DNA from: a virus
Direction: 5' to 3' (one strand)
Virus record (IMG/VR): IMGVR_UViG_3300040801_002051
Span: 1 to 38,878 of that record
Length of the DNA stretch: 38,878 nt
Positions 6,961 to 14,426 of this stretch are shown in pieces. Position 1 is the first letter of the stretch. Each line of letters opens with the position of its first letter. Position numbers and translations under genes: made by a program. Below the pieces are notes generated by a model. The model was given only the letters and a program-made list of their open reading frames with translations. It ran no database searches and was not told where the DNA came from.

Positions 6961-8703
6961 TTAGGTGTTACCCAGATAGCGAAACTCGTTCGGTGCCTGC
7001 TGCGGGTCTCGTTTGATCGGCGCGTCGAACGGCAGGTCAAGCACACGGTTAGCAATGCCGAGATTCGACTTCATGTACACAGGCACCCCCGCGGCGTCGG
7101 CCTGGCGTACAAGGTCTTCAATCCACCGATATGGCGGATGCCAGGCGGGGGTCTGCGTGCTGCTGCTGGCGCCTCCGATCACAAGCCAGTCGAACAGGTC
7201 CAGCCGCTCGAACCGCAACGGCTCAATCAGCGGCTCAACCGACAGCCAGCGCACTTTCCCCCCCACGTTTTCAAACGCGTTCTCCGCGTTTTTCACGCGC
7301 GCCTGCATGTCGACCGTGGCCCCCATCCATGCGTTGTCTGGTATATCGAACTCCTTCATGCGCTGCGGGAACTTCGTCAGGAACAGGAAGTTCCACTCAG
7401 CACTATCGCGCACCGTGCCGAGCACCGCGTCAATCCACTCCGCCGGCACCCAGCGCCCGAACAGGTCGGCCATGGAGCAGGTGAAGACGTTGCGATGGCG
7501 CGTGTCTGCCGCCGCATCCTTCGGCACCTTGGTGCGCGCAGGCGCGTTCAGTGCGTTACTGCGGAACGTCGGGGCAAAGCCGTTCGGGTAGACCTTCGCC
7601 ATGCGCTGGCTCAGCGCAATGTCGCGGGCGTAGCAGTATGGGCAGTCATGCTTGCATCCCGTCACCGGGTTCCACGACCACTGCGCCCACTCGATGGCGT
7701 CGTTGTCTTGCTTGTTGAACGCGCCCCCTTCGCTTTGCAAGGGCGTCAACAGCATGTTGCGCTCGTCGTCGCCGATGTCTTTCCACTCATCGAGAGAGCA
7801 GTTGCGCCGCAGGCTGACCACACGTGCCTGTGCGTCTTCTTCGGCACGCTGGCGCTCAACCTCTTCCGCCCTGGCCGCGGCGTCAATTTTGGACTGCTCG
7901 TCTTCGTACCCCGCAACGATTGCGCGCACCGCAGACAGCCGCGCGGGCAGCGTGTTCGCAATTTTGGCGAACATTGCCGACGTCAGATCGCCGTCACGCA
8001 CGCCATGCTGATCGATGACGTCGTGCATGCGCGCAATCTCCGCCGGCTTCATAGCGCCGGACAGCACCGCCGCTGCGATCCCGCCGCGGTCAAAGCACGC
8101 GCGCGGCTCCTCGATCCCCTTGACGCCCTGCACCCGCTCGCGCGTCTGCGCCACGGTCCACCCGGTCTCGACCATCTTCGCCACGAGCGCGGACCAGAGC
8201 CAGCGCGGCGCGGCGTGGATTTCGGCGAGGTTGGACCATGTGCGTCGGGCATCCTCGATCTCGATATCGAGATGAGTCGCATGCAGCACGTTCCACGCGC
8301 GCACCTTGGTGTGCATCGTCTTGTGGTTCTTCCCTGCCACCTCCGCATACGCCTTCAGGTCCATGCCCGACTCGGCGGCGTGCTTGCCTTCCTCCAGGGC
8401 GTGCAGCTCCGATTGCGTGTTGCACAGCACCAGCTGCATGTAAGCGTCGGCGTCGGACAGCTCACGCACCCAGCACGGGACCGAGGGCAACCCGGCCTGC
8501 TGCGCCGCCAGCCAGCGATGGTGGCCGCTGACGATCTGGTAGCCGTCGTCAAGCGGTCGCACAATCAGTGCGTGCGCCGGGTCAAAACCGTCGGCGATAC
8601 GCGCGGCGAGCTGATCGACGACATCTTGCCGCGGCTCAATACGCGGGTTGTTCGGGTGGGGGTGCAGAGCGGTGACGGCGAGTGTGACGTGTTCAGTGTT
8701 CAT
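6961..8703 (-). CDS. Fusion protein: N-terminal ParB/Srx-like domain plus C-terminal Gp37/Gp68 (DUF5131, radical-SAM-like three-Cys) domain (580 aa)
   Basis: N-terminus: LHPHPNNPR..IVRPLDDGYQIVSGHHRWLAAQQAG. C-terminus: IEWAQWSWNPVTGCKHDCPYCYA (CX3CX2C), VFTCSMADLFG, FLFLTKFPQRM, RWLSVEPLIEPL, DWLVIGGAS, AGVPVYMK, which is the PF07505 pattern. The ATG at 8703 overlaps the HNH stop (ATGA). Confidence 0.85.
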   Translation of the reverse strand: MNTEHVTLAVTALHPHPNNPRIEPRQDVVDQLAARIADGFDPAHALIVRPLDDGYQIVSGHHRWLAAQQAGLPSVPCWVRELSDADAYMQLVLCNTQSELHALEEGKHAAESGMDLKAYAEVAGKNHKTMHTKVRAWNVLHATHLDIEIEDARRTWSNLAEIHAAPRWLWSALVAKMVETGWTVAQTRERVQGVKGIEEPRACFDRGGIAAAVLSGAMKPAEIARMHDVIDQHGVRDGDLTSAMFAKIANTLPARLSAVRAIVAGYEDEQSKIDAAARAEEVERQRAEEDAQARVVSLRRNCSLDEWKDIGDDERNMLLTPLQSEGGAFNKQDNDAIEWAQWSWNPVTGCKHDCPYCYARDIALSQRMAKVYPNGFAPTFRSNALNAPARTKVPKDAAADTRHRNVFTCSMADLFGRWVPAEWIDAVLGTVRDSAEWNFLFLTKFPQRMKEFDIPDNAWMGATVDMQARVKNAENAFENVGGKVRWLSVEPLIEPLRFERLDLFDWLVIGGASSSTQTPAWHPPYRWIEDLVRQADAAGVPVYMKSNLGIANRVLDLPFDAPIKRDPQQAPNEFRYLGNT

Positions 8704-8924
8704 GCGGCTTTTCCGTGAATCTTGCAGTGGCATGCGTGGCAAATCGGATCGAGGTTTTCAGGCACATCGAACGTGCCCCAGGGCTTTGGATAGCGCACGT
8801 GGTGCACCTCAGATGCCGGCGCACCGCAGTGCACACAGCGCCCATCTGCGCGGTCGATGGCAACTGCCCGGATCGCCTTGAACAGCGGGTGGTTCAGATA
8901 CTCGTCGTAGTTGCTGAAGTGCAT
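8700..8924 (-). CDS. HNH endonuclease-like small protein (74 aa)
   Basis: MHFSNYDEYL..GRCVHCGAPASEVHHVRYPKPWGTFDVPENLDPICHACHCKIHG has the CxxC..HH..N..CxxCH..H arrangement. The ATG at 8924 lies 2 nt after the upstream stop. Confidence 0.7.
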   Translation of the reverse strand: MHFSNYDEYLNHPLFKAIRAVAIDRADGRCVHCGAPASEVHHVRYPKPWGTFDVPENLDPICHACHCKIHGKAA

Positions 8925-8926
8925 CG

Positions 8927-9706
8927 CTAGAGCCCCAGCGCCAGTTGGCCATGCTGCTCGGCGCCCTCGATGCGCGCCTTGCACCGCGACAAGATGTGCC
9001 GCCCCATGTCCGAGTCCAGGTGATAAAACCCCATCGTGCGGTGCTCTCCGATGCGCGTGTTACGCCCGATCAGCACCGTCCACTGGTGCGATCCCATCGG
9101 CTTGCGGATCAACCAGTGGCGCTTGTTGATCTGTGCGATTGCCTCGTCAATGTCGACAAAGTGCCAGTCGTGGCCGCGGTACAGGCGTCGCACACGGCTG
9201 TTCCAGTGGATGGCCACATCCAGCCGCGGGCACTGCTGCGACAGCCAAGCAAGCTCATCAATTGGCGTCTCGAACCCGTTGGGGTCAGACAGCACCAAGC
9301 CCGTCGCGAACTGCGGCTTGTCGTTGTACGTGCTAACGATGCGGGGAATTGCCTGGATCAGCGAAGCGTTGCGCCCGTGGAAGCAAAACGCAGCGCGGTT
9401 GCCGCTGATGCCAGGGCGAGCCATCAGCGACCGCAACGCTTGCGCGTCCGTGTCGCAGAACCCCGCCATATAGCGCAGCGACTCGAACTGCGCGGCTGCA
9501 CGCAGGAACGCCAGCGGCGAGCCGATGCACCCCACGTCTTCGTTGATGCCGCTGCCGCTGTTCAGGTCGAAGTGCCAGTAGGGGTGTCGTGCCCCGAACT
9601 TCGCGTAGAACACCCGCAGGTTGATCGTGAACGCGGCTTCCAGCCCGCGCTCCTTGAACTCAGTATCGCGCGACTGCCCCTGTCGCGCTAACGTCTGTCG
9701 TGTCAT
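8927..9706 (-). CDS. TcmP-like (three-Cys-motif partner) protein, Rossmann/methyltransferase-like (259 aa; 277 aa if the TTG at 9760 is used)
   Basis: YWHFDLNSGSGINEDVGCIGSPLAFLRAA..FCDTDAQALRSL..GLVLSDPNGFETPIDELAWL resembles the TcmP (TIGR04474) pattern y.DlfaG.G...GSp..al...f.E.d...L...flDPyG. It sits in the same operon as a DUF5131 protein. Assignment is by motif memory only. Confidence 0.6.
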   Translation of the reverse strand: MTRQTLARQGQSRDTEFKERGLEAAFTINLRVFYAKFGARHPYWHFDLNSGSGINEDVGCIGSPLAFLRAAAQFESLRYMAGFCDTDAQALRSLMARPGISGNRAAFCFHGRNASLIQAIPRIVSTYNDKPQFATGLVLSDPNGFETPIDELAWLSQQCPRLDVAIHWNSRVRRLYRGHDWHFVDIDEAIAQINKRHWLIRKPMGSHQWTVLIGRNTRIGEHRTMGFYHLDSDMGRHILSRCKARIEGAEQHGQLALGL

Positions 9707-9760
9707 CGTCAGATACCTACTCTGTCTGTCGGTGATAGCCGCCGCTTGGGTCGTGTCCAA

Positions 9761-9870
9761 GCGGCGGCGCCACTTTCAGTTTCGGTTACTGCGCGCGCAA
9801 AAGCAACTATTGGTTGTTGACGTTACAACCGAAGGTGGTTATTGTTGTGCCTGAACGCAACCGAAACTTG
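9761..9870. promoter_or_regulatory. Divergent early promoter/operator region
   Basis: A perfect 10-nt inverted repeat, AGTTTCGGTT (9778-9787) and AACCGAAACT (9859-9868), brackets GGTTGTtgacgttACAACC (9812-9830). It also brackets ATTGTTGTGCC (9841-9851), the same 11-mer as in the cro/cI intergenic region. Confidence 0.55.
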
Positions 9871-9958
9871 CGGACCGAGCCGCCAACGCCGGCCCAGTGG
9901 CGCGATCAGTAACGCCGGCAGCCGCAGCGTGATCCCGCAGCGATTATCAAAGTGGGGC

Positions 9959-10675
9959 ATGGACGCCCGACGGGCGCGTGATGCGGCACCCATCAACAGC
10001 AGAGACAGTGACATGCCCACGACAAACAGTCTCGCCGCCAAGCGGCCGACCAACGACAGTCGCCGCGCCCTGCGCGCCCGGCTCGATACGCTGCACATGC
10101 GCCTGGAAGTTGAGCGGAACGCCCGAGATCGCTTTCTGAGAAACGGCGATGACACGCTGCACGCCGGAGCGGTGACGCGCATTGATGACATTGAACATGA
10201 GATCGCCACGATTGGCCGCGAGCTCGACGCCCTCGCGTCGATGTTTGGCGACACCGAAGACGCCGATCGGCCGACGTTCACGGCCATCGACCTGGGTATC
10301 GACAACCTTCTTGTCGCCGGCGCCGCGTTGGCGCAGACGGTTCAAGACCTTGCCGACGACACACTCGACAGCGCAAACGACGACCCGGAGACGGTCACCG
10401 CCGCGACCGCGCTGCACACGATCGTGAACGAATGGGAAGCGGCCTATGCGTCGACTCAACGGGCCAGGCTGCGCGCAGAGATGCGCCGGCTTGGCGAGTG
10501 GCGGCGCGCGGCACTGGAAAGCGCCAACCATTACCGGAGCACTGGCCAGCTGGCCGCTGCCGCCAATGCGTTCTGTGACGTGCATCAGTACGACCAAGAA
10601 CTCGCCGCACTTGCCGCCGAATTAGACGCCGTGTCGACCGACACGCCCACTGACGGAGCCAGCCCCGATGTTTGA
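9959..10675 (+). CDS. Hypothetical acidic, helical early protein (238 aa; start uncertain, alternative ATG at 10013)
   Basis: Track ORF 9842..10675 starts at a TTG. The first ATG at 9959 is preceded by GTGGGG. It is the first gene of the plus-strand operon. Confidence 0.5.
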   Translation: MDARRARDAAPINSRDSDMPTTNSLAAKRPTNDSRRALRARLDTLHMRLEVERNARDRFLRNGDDTLHAGAVTRIDDIEHEIATIGRELDALASMFGDTEDADRPTFTAIDLGIDNLLVAGAALAQTVQDLADDTLDSANDDPETVTAATALHTIVNEWEAAYASTQRARLRAEMRRLGEWRRAALESANHYRSTGQLAAAANAFCDVHQYDQELAALAAELDAVSTDTPTDGASPDV

Positions 10676-10946
10676 TCTGATCCACGACCCATTGATTGGC
10701 GTGCTTGCCATCGTCGGCGCCCTGGCGCTGCTGTTTGCTGCACTCGGCGTGCTGGCCTGGCTCATCGACAAGCACCAGCGCCGCGATACATGCCCTGCGA
10801 GTGACGCGGCGACACTCGGCACGGCGCACGACCCCGAGCGCGACCCCGCGCTATCGCCCGCCATCCGCGCCGCTTACATCGTCGAGCGGGATCACCTGGC
10901 AGACCTGAGCAACGCTTGTGAGCGCGGCGCGCGGAGGGTGTGCTAA
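10668..10946 (+). CDS. Small membrane-anchored protein (92 aa)
   Basis: N-terminal hydrophobic helix PLIGVLAIVGALALLFAALGVLAWLI followed by KHQRR. The ATG overlaps the upstream gene end by 8 nt. Confidence 0.55.
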   Translation: MFDLIHDPLIGVLAIVGALALLFAALGVLAWLIDKHQRRDTCPASDAATLGTAHDPERDPALSPAIRAAYIVERDHLADLSNACERGARRVC

Positions 10947-11233
10947 TGGGGGGCTTGGCCTATAGCGCGCACGAAGACGCGACACTGCTCGATCTGCGCG
11001 ACAAGGGCGTGGGTTACAAGGACATCGCCAAGCGCCTAGGCCGAACGCACCAAAGCGTTAAAGCGCGCGGCATGGTCTTGAACAAACGCGGGGCGACAGT
11101 GGACACCGTGCGATCAGCCGGCGCGCAAGATTCGCGGCTCGCAGCGATACGCGCTGAAAACAACCGCCGGCTTCAGGCCGCGCGCGCGCGCTACCAAACG
11201 ACCTGGCAACCCGGCCAGCCTACGCAGTGGTAA
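10946..11233 (+). CDS. Myb/SANT- or GcrA-N-like HTH protein, paralogue 1 (95 aa)
   Basis: HEDATLLDLRDKGVGYKDIAKRLGRTHQSVKARGMVL. The C-terminal motif is RAENNRRLQAARARYQTTWQPGQPTQW. The ATG at 10946 overlaps the upstream TAA (TAATG). Confidence 0.6.
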   Translation: MGGLAYSAHEDATLLDLRDKGVGYKDIAKRLGRTHQSVKARGMVLNKRGATVDTVRSAGAQDSRLAAIRAENNRRLQAARARYQTTWQPGQPTQW

Positions 11234-11238
11234 CCGTC

Positions 11239-11427
11239 ATGAGCAAATCGTTTTGCGACTGGACAGAAGATAGAGAGTATTGGGCGGCAGCCTGCGGACA
11301 GTTGTGGGCTTTTGTGGACGGCGGGCCAGAAGACAACAACGTGCGGTACTGCCACTATTGCGGGCGCCCTGTGCGCGTGCTGCGCACTGACTACAGCGCG
11401 CCCGATCCTGACGCCGAAGAGGCTTGA
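11239..11427 (+). CDS. Small zinc-ribbon-like protein (62 aa)
   Basis: MSKSFCDW..AAACGQLWAFVDGGPEDNNVRYCHYCGRPV has C..C and CxxC pairs. The ATG lies 5 nt after the upstream stop. Confidence 0.5.
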   Translation: MSKSFCDWTEDREYWAAACGQLWAFVDGGPEDNNVRYCHYCGRPVRVLRTDYSAPDPDAEEA

Positions 11428-11440
11428 GGAGCATGACGCT

Positions 11441-11779
11441 ATGAGCTTGGCCGGTAGCCTTTGGACCAAGAGTGACGAAAAGAAGCTGGCGCGACTGTAC
11501 CGCAAGGGCGTCGGCGATGCCGAGATCGCCCGAAAGCTGATGCGCACCGAGCGGGCCATCAAGTACAAGCGTCAGCAATTGGGCCTGGTGCAAGCTGTGC
11601 AGCTTTGGCAGGGCCGCGGCCCAAGCCCGCGCAAGCCGACCCCGGCGCGCCGCTACCGCAACCGCCCGGACCCCTCGCCCAACCTCGACCTGCTGCGCGC
11701 CGAGAACGACGCCCGCCAGCGTGCGGCCCGCGCCCGGCATCACAGCAACTGGACGCCGGGCGAACCGGCAGAGTGGTGA
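11441..11779 (+). CDS. Myb/SANT- or GcrA-N-like HTH protein, paralogue 2 (112 aa)
   Basis: WTKSDEKKLARLYRKGVGDAEIARKLMRTERAIKYKRQQLGL. The C-terminal motif is RAENDARQRAARARHHSNWTPGEPAEW. GAGGAG lies 7 nt upstream of the ATG at 11441. Confidence 0.6.
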   Translation: MSLAGSLWTKSDEKKLARLYRKGVGDAEIARKLMRTERAIKYKRQQLGLVQAVQLWQGRGPSPRKPTPARRYRNRPDPSPNLDLLRAENDARQRAARARHHSNWTPGEPAEW

Positions 11780-11784
11780 AGACC

Positions 11785-12030
11785 ATGCACGCAGACAACA
11801 ACGGCACCCCAACGCAACAAGCTCGAGCGCGCGTGCATTGGATGAGTGCGTCAGCAGCCAATGCGGTCGATCGCGCCAAGCGGCGGCGATGCGGACATTG
11901 CGCGTTTTGCACAAGCACGGGACGGCGCAGCTATACGTGCATAAAGCATCGTTTTGCAACAACGCGCATGGCGTTTTGCGACACATGGGCGGCTCGATGG
12001 CCCGGAGAAGTGAGGAAGATCCTATTATGA
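11785..12030 (+). CDS. Small basic Cys-rich protein (81 aa)
   Basis: MHADNNG..RRRCGHCAFCTSTGRRSYTCIKHRF... The stop overlaps the ATG of the next gene (ATGA). Confidence 0.4.
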   Translation: MHADNNGTPTQQARARVHWMSASAANAVDRAKRRRCGHCAFCTSTGRRSYTCIKHRFATTRMAFCDTWAARWPGEVRKILL

Positions 12031-12878
12031 CAACGCCTAACAATTTGACGGATTACGAGTCGTTTTTGCGCGCCAAAACAGCGGTTGCAAGCCCCGCCGG
12101 TACGCCGATCTCCCCAGAGCGCATCAACCCCCGGCTTAAGCCGCATCAGCGGCTCATGGTTCAGTGGATGGTTGAGATGGGCCGCGCGGCCTGTTTTGCC
12201 AGCTTCGGCATAGGCAAGACGGTGATGCAGCTTGAAACGTGCAAGATTCTTGGCGAGCGCGGTCACGGAGACGCACTGATTGTCGCGCCGCTTGGGGTTC
12301 GCGGTGAGTTTACCCGCGATGCCGAGATGCTTGGCTACCAGCTGACGTTTATTCGCACCGACGAAGAATACGCCAACACGAGCGAAAAAACGCCGGGTCT
12401 TTACATCACGAACTACGAATCGATTCGAGACGGCAAGCTAGACCCGCGTCAATTTACCGTGACCAGTCTCGACGAGGCGGCCGTGTTGCGCGGCTTTGGC
12501 GCCACCAAGACCTTTCGCGAGTTCATGCGGCTATTCGATGGAGTGCAATCCAAGATCGTGGCCACGGCGACTCCGAGCCCCAACGAGTTCGTCGAGTTGC
12601 TGGCTTATTCCGCGTACCTAGAAGTTATGGATGTCGGCCAGGCGAAGACCCGTTTTTTCAAGCGTGACAGCCAGAAAGCCGACCGGCTGACAATTCACCC
12701 GCACAAAAAGCGTGAGTTTTGGCTATGGGTCAGCTCCTGGGCGCTTTTTGTGCAGCACCCGCGCGACCTCGGCTGTGACGCGCAAGGGTACGACCTGCCG
12801 CCGCTTAGGAGGCGGGGCGGAAAAGCGAGCGACGACAACGGCTTGCGGTCCAATGCTGGGAATATTGCAGGCGGGTAA
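12027..12878 (+). pseudogene. SNF2/DEAD-like helicase with the N-terminal RecA lobe only, apparently truncated (283 aa)
   Basis: MTTPNNLTDYESFLRAKT..LKPHQRLMVQW..FGIGKTVMQLE (motif I)..LIVAPLGV..VTSLDEAAVL (motif II)..ATATPSPN (motif III)..WLWVSSWALFVQHPRDLG..YDLPPL. It then reads 23 unrelated residues and a TAA. No C-terminal helicase lobe (motifs IV-VI) follows in any frame. Confidence 0.6.
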
Positions 12879-12899
12879 GCGGCTGTTTTTTCGTGTTGC

Positions 12900-13028
12900 G
12901 TGGTGCAAATATTCCCAGTCAAGCTCAGCGACATTGAGCTGGCGAAAGCCAAGCGGCTAGGCGACGGCAACGCGAGCCGCGGCATCCGCCGCGCGCTTGA
13001 AAATGCAACAGGAGACGACGATGCGTAA
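12900..13028 (+). CDS. Ribbon-helix-helix (Arc/CopG-like) mini-protein (42 aa, GTG start)
   Basis: Hand translation gives (M)VQIFPVKLSDIELAKAKRLGDGNASRGIRRALENATGDDDA, which has a beta-strand, helix, helix layout ending in ..S.GIRrALe. It is not in the ORF track (<60 aa). Its end overlaps the ATG of the next gene. The start codon is uncertain (GTG at 12900 or 12903) and no SD is evident. Confidence 0.4.
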   Translation: MVQIFPVKLSDIELAKAKRLGDGNASRGIRRALENATGDDDA

Positions 13029-13221
13029 GCGGGCTGGGCAGTTTGCCTATGTTGGCACGATGACCGGGGCGTGGCTGCTGGCGGGGCCGTTGATGGCCGT
13101 CGGAGTTCTTCAGGTGTTCAGCGGGAGCTTTGTCGCGGCGGTTGTCGCTGTGGTGGTCGCGCTGATGATTGTCGGCATCGGCCGCGCGGTCGGCGGCGGG
13201 CTGCGTAAGCTGATGTCCTAG
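13021..13221 (+). CDS. Small two-TM membrane protein (66 aa)
   Basis: MRKRAGQFAYVGTMTGAWLLAGPLMAVGVLQVFSGSFVAAVVAVVVALMIVGIGRAVGGGLRKLMS. A strong AGGAG lies 7 nt upstream of the ATG at 13021. The stop codon overlaps the stop of the convergent gpD-like gene within a CTAG. Confidence 0.65.
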   Translation: MRKRAGQFAYVGTMTGAWLLAGPLMAVGVLQVFSGSFVAAVVAVVVALMIVGIGRAVGGGLRKLMS

Positions 13222-14207
13222 TCTGCTGGCAGCTTGGCGCGGATAGTGGTGACGAAGCCGCTGTTGTCTATGCGGTGCGTCACCTCGTCGGCAATCCACC
13301 GGCCATCGATGCCGGCGCCAAAGTCGCGCAAAACCAGCGGTGCTTGTGCGCCGATGGTGGGGTCTCCGACGTGCGTCAGGTTGGCTCCGCCCTCGTTGCG
13401 GACCAAGGCGCGAATCTTCCCGCGCGCGGCCTCAAGGGCACTTTCTTCGTCGGGGTACGTGGCGCGCAGCTCGTACGTCGCGCTGGCGTCGATGCTATCG
13501 TCGCGACCGGCTTCGACCCACTTATCCTCTGCAGCGTCGAAGTCGTGATACCGCGCCTTGGCGGCAGTGTACTTGCCGCGGTCGACGCGCTCGAAGCACC
13601 AGCGCGTGCAGTTCGATTCCAGGATCTCGACTTCCGGAATCGGCGCGCCGCTCGCGGTTTCGCCCACGCCGGCCGGAACGAACGTCAGATGGCCCTGCTT
13701 GACGGTCGCCACGGCATCGAAACGGCGGGCCAGCCGGGTGACTGCGTTCATGGGCGACTCTGTCACGCGGTCCAACACAGGCACCGGCCTTGGGCCCAAG
13801 TCCGGGTGTATCGCCGCGGTGTAGCCCATTTCGCCAGCCAGATCGCCGACGACCTCGCCCACGGTGGCGTCCTCGTAATGCAGCCGCGTGCGCTGCTTGA
13901 CTCGATCTGACTGCAGGTCGGCGCTATTGCCACGGATTGAGATCACCCGAGGCGGGTTGCACACGCGGACCTCATCGACCACAAACGTGCCCATCTGAAC
14001 CAGCCCCGTGTGCTGGTAGCCCATAGCGACCATGAGCTCGGCGCCGTGCTCCGGCCACGCGATGATGGCGCGCGGGTCTGCGATCTCAAGACTCAGCTTG
14101 TCGGCCTCGGTGCCGCTGCCGTCTTGCACGCTCAGGCTCAGCAGGTAGTCGGCCAGCTGCTCCGTGATGTCGGCCGTGCCCAGCTTGACGCTCCAGATTG
14201 GGCGCAT
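13218..14207 (-). CDS. P2 gpD-like tail protein (late control D family, 329 aa)
   Basis: MRPIWSVKLGTADITEQLADYLLSLSVQDGSGTEADKLSLEIAD.. matches the PF05954-type N-terminus. It is the last gene of a P2-order tail module (T-U-X-D). Confidence 0.85.
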   Translation of the reverse strand: MRPIWSVKLGTADITEQLADYLLSLSVQDGSGTEADKLSLEIADPRAIIAWPEHGAELMVAMGYQHTGLVQMGTFVVDEVRVCNPPRVISIRGNSADLQSDRVKQRTRLHYEDATVGEVVGDLAGEMGYTAAIHPDLGPRPVPVLDRVTESPMNAVTRLARRFDAVATVKQGHLTFVPAGVGETASGAPIPEVEILESNCTRWCFERVDRGKYTAAKARYHDFDAAEDKWVEAGRDDSIDASATYELRATYPDEESALEAARGKIRALVRNEGGANLTHVGDPTIGAQAPLVLRDFGAGIDGRWIADEVTHRIDNSGFVTTIRAKLPAD

Positions 14208-14211
14208 GCGC

Positions 14212-14424
14212 TCAGCTCCAGAGCCGCACCCAGTCGCGCACCGGCCGGGTTGGCAAGCTGATGTCGATCAAGTGCACCTCCTGCCCCGCCGGGTACAGGG
14301 TGCCGCGGGCGGCCAGCCCTTGGTTGGCGTCGAGCACTTCTTCAATTGCACCGGCTTGGCGCCCGTAGAAGCGCCAGCAGATGTCGTCGAGCATGTCGTC
14401 GTCTTGCGTCACGTGGAGGTGCAT
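14212..14424 (-). CDS. P2 gpX-like tail protein X (70 aa)
   Basis: VTQDDDMLDDICWRFYGRQAGAIEEVLDANQGLA..LPAGQEVHLIDI is the LysM-like tail X pattern (PF05489). Confidence 0.8.
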   Translation of the reverse strand: MHLHVTQDDDMLDDICWRFYGRQAGAIEEVLDANQGLAARGTLYPAGQEVHLIDISLPTRPVRDWVRLWS

Positions 14425-14426
14425 TG

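Noticed and set aside
6940-8718. 592-aa plus-strand ORF antisense to the ParB-DUF5131 gene. Similar long antisense or alternative-frame ORFs occur at 14814-16199, 15247-16185, 18443-19960, 23656-24768, 34912-35796 and 5482-6252.
   Set aside because: These are Arg/Ala/Gly/Pro-rich and low in complexity, with no family-like motifs. Each overlaps a strand or frame that encodes a clearly recognisable protein. Long spurious ORFs of this kind are typical of about 65% G+C DNA.
12876-12902. Stop-codon read-through joining the helicase fragment to the RHH-like ORF, which is in the same frame and separated by one TAA
   Set aside because: There is no known read-through context. The 23 residues before the TAA already look unrelated to helicases. 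A shared frame has a 1-in-3 chance expectation. I treat them as separate entities.
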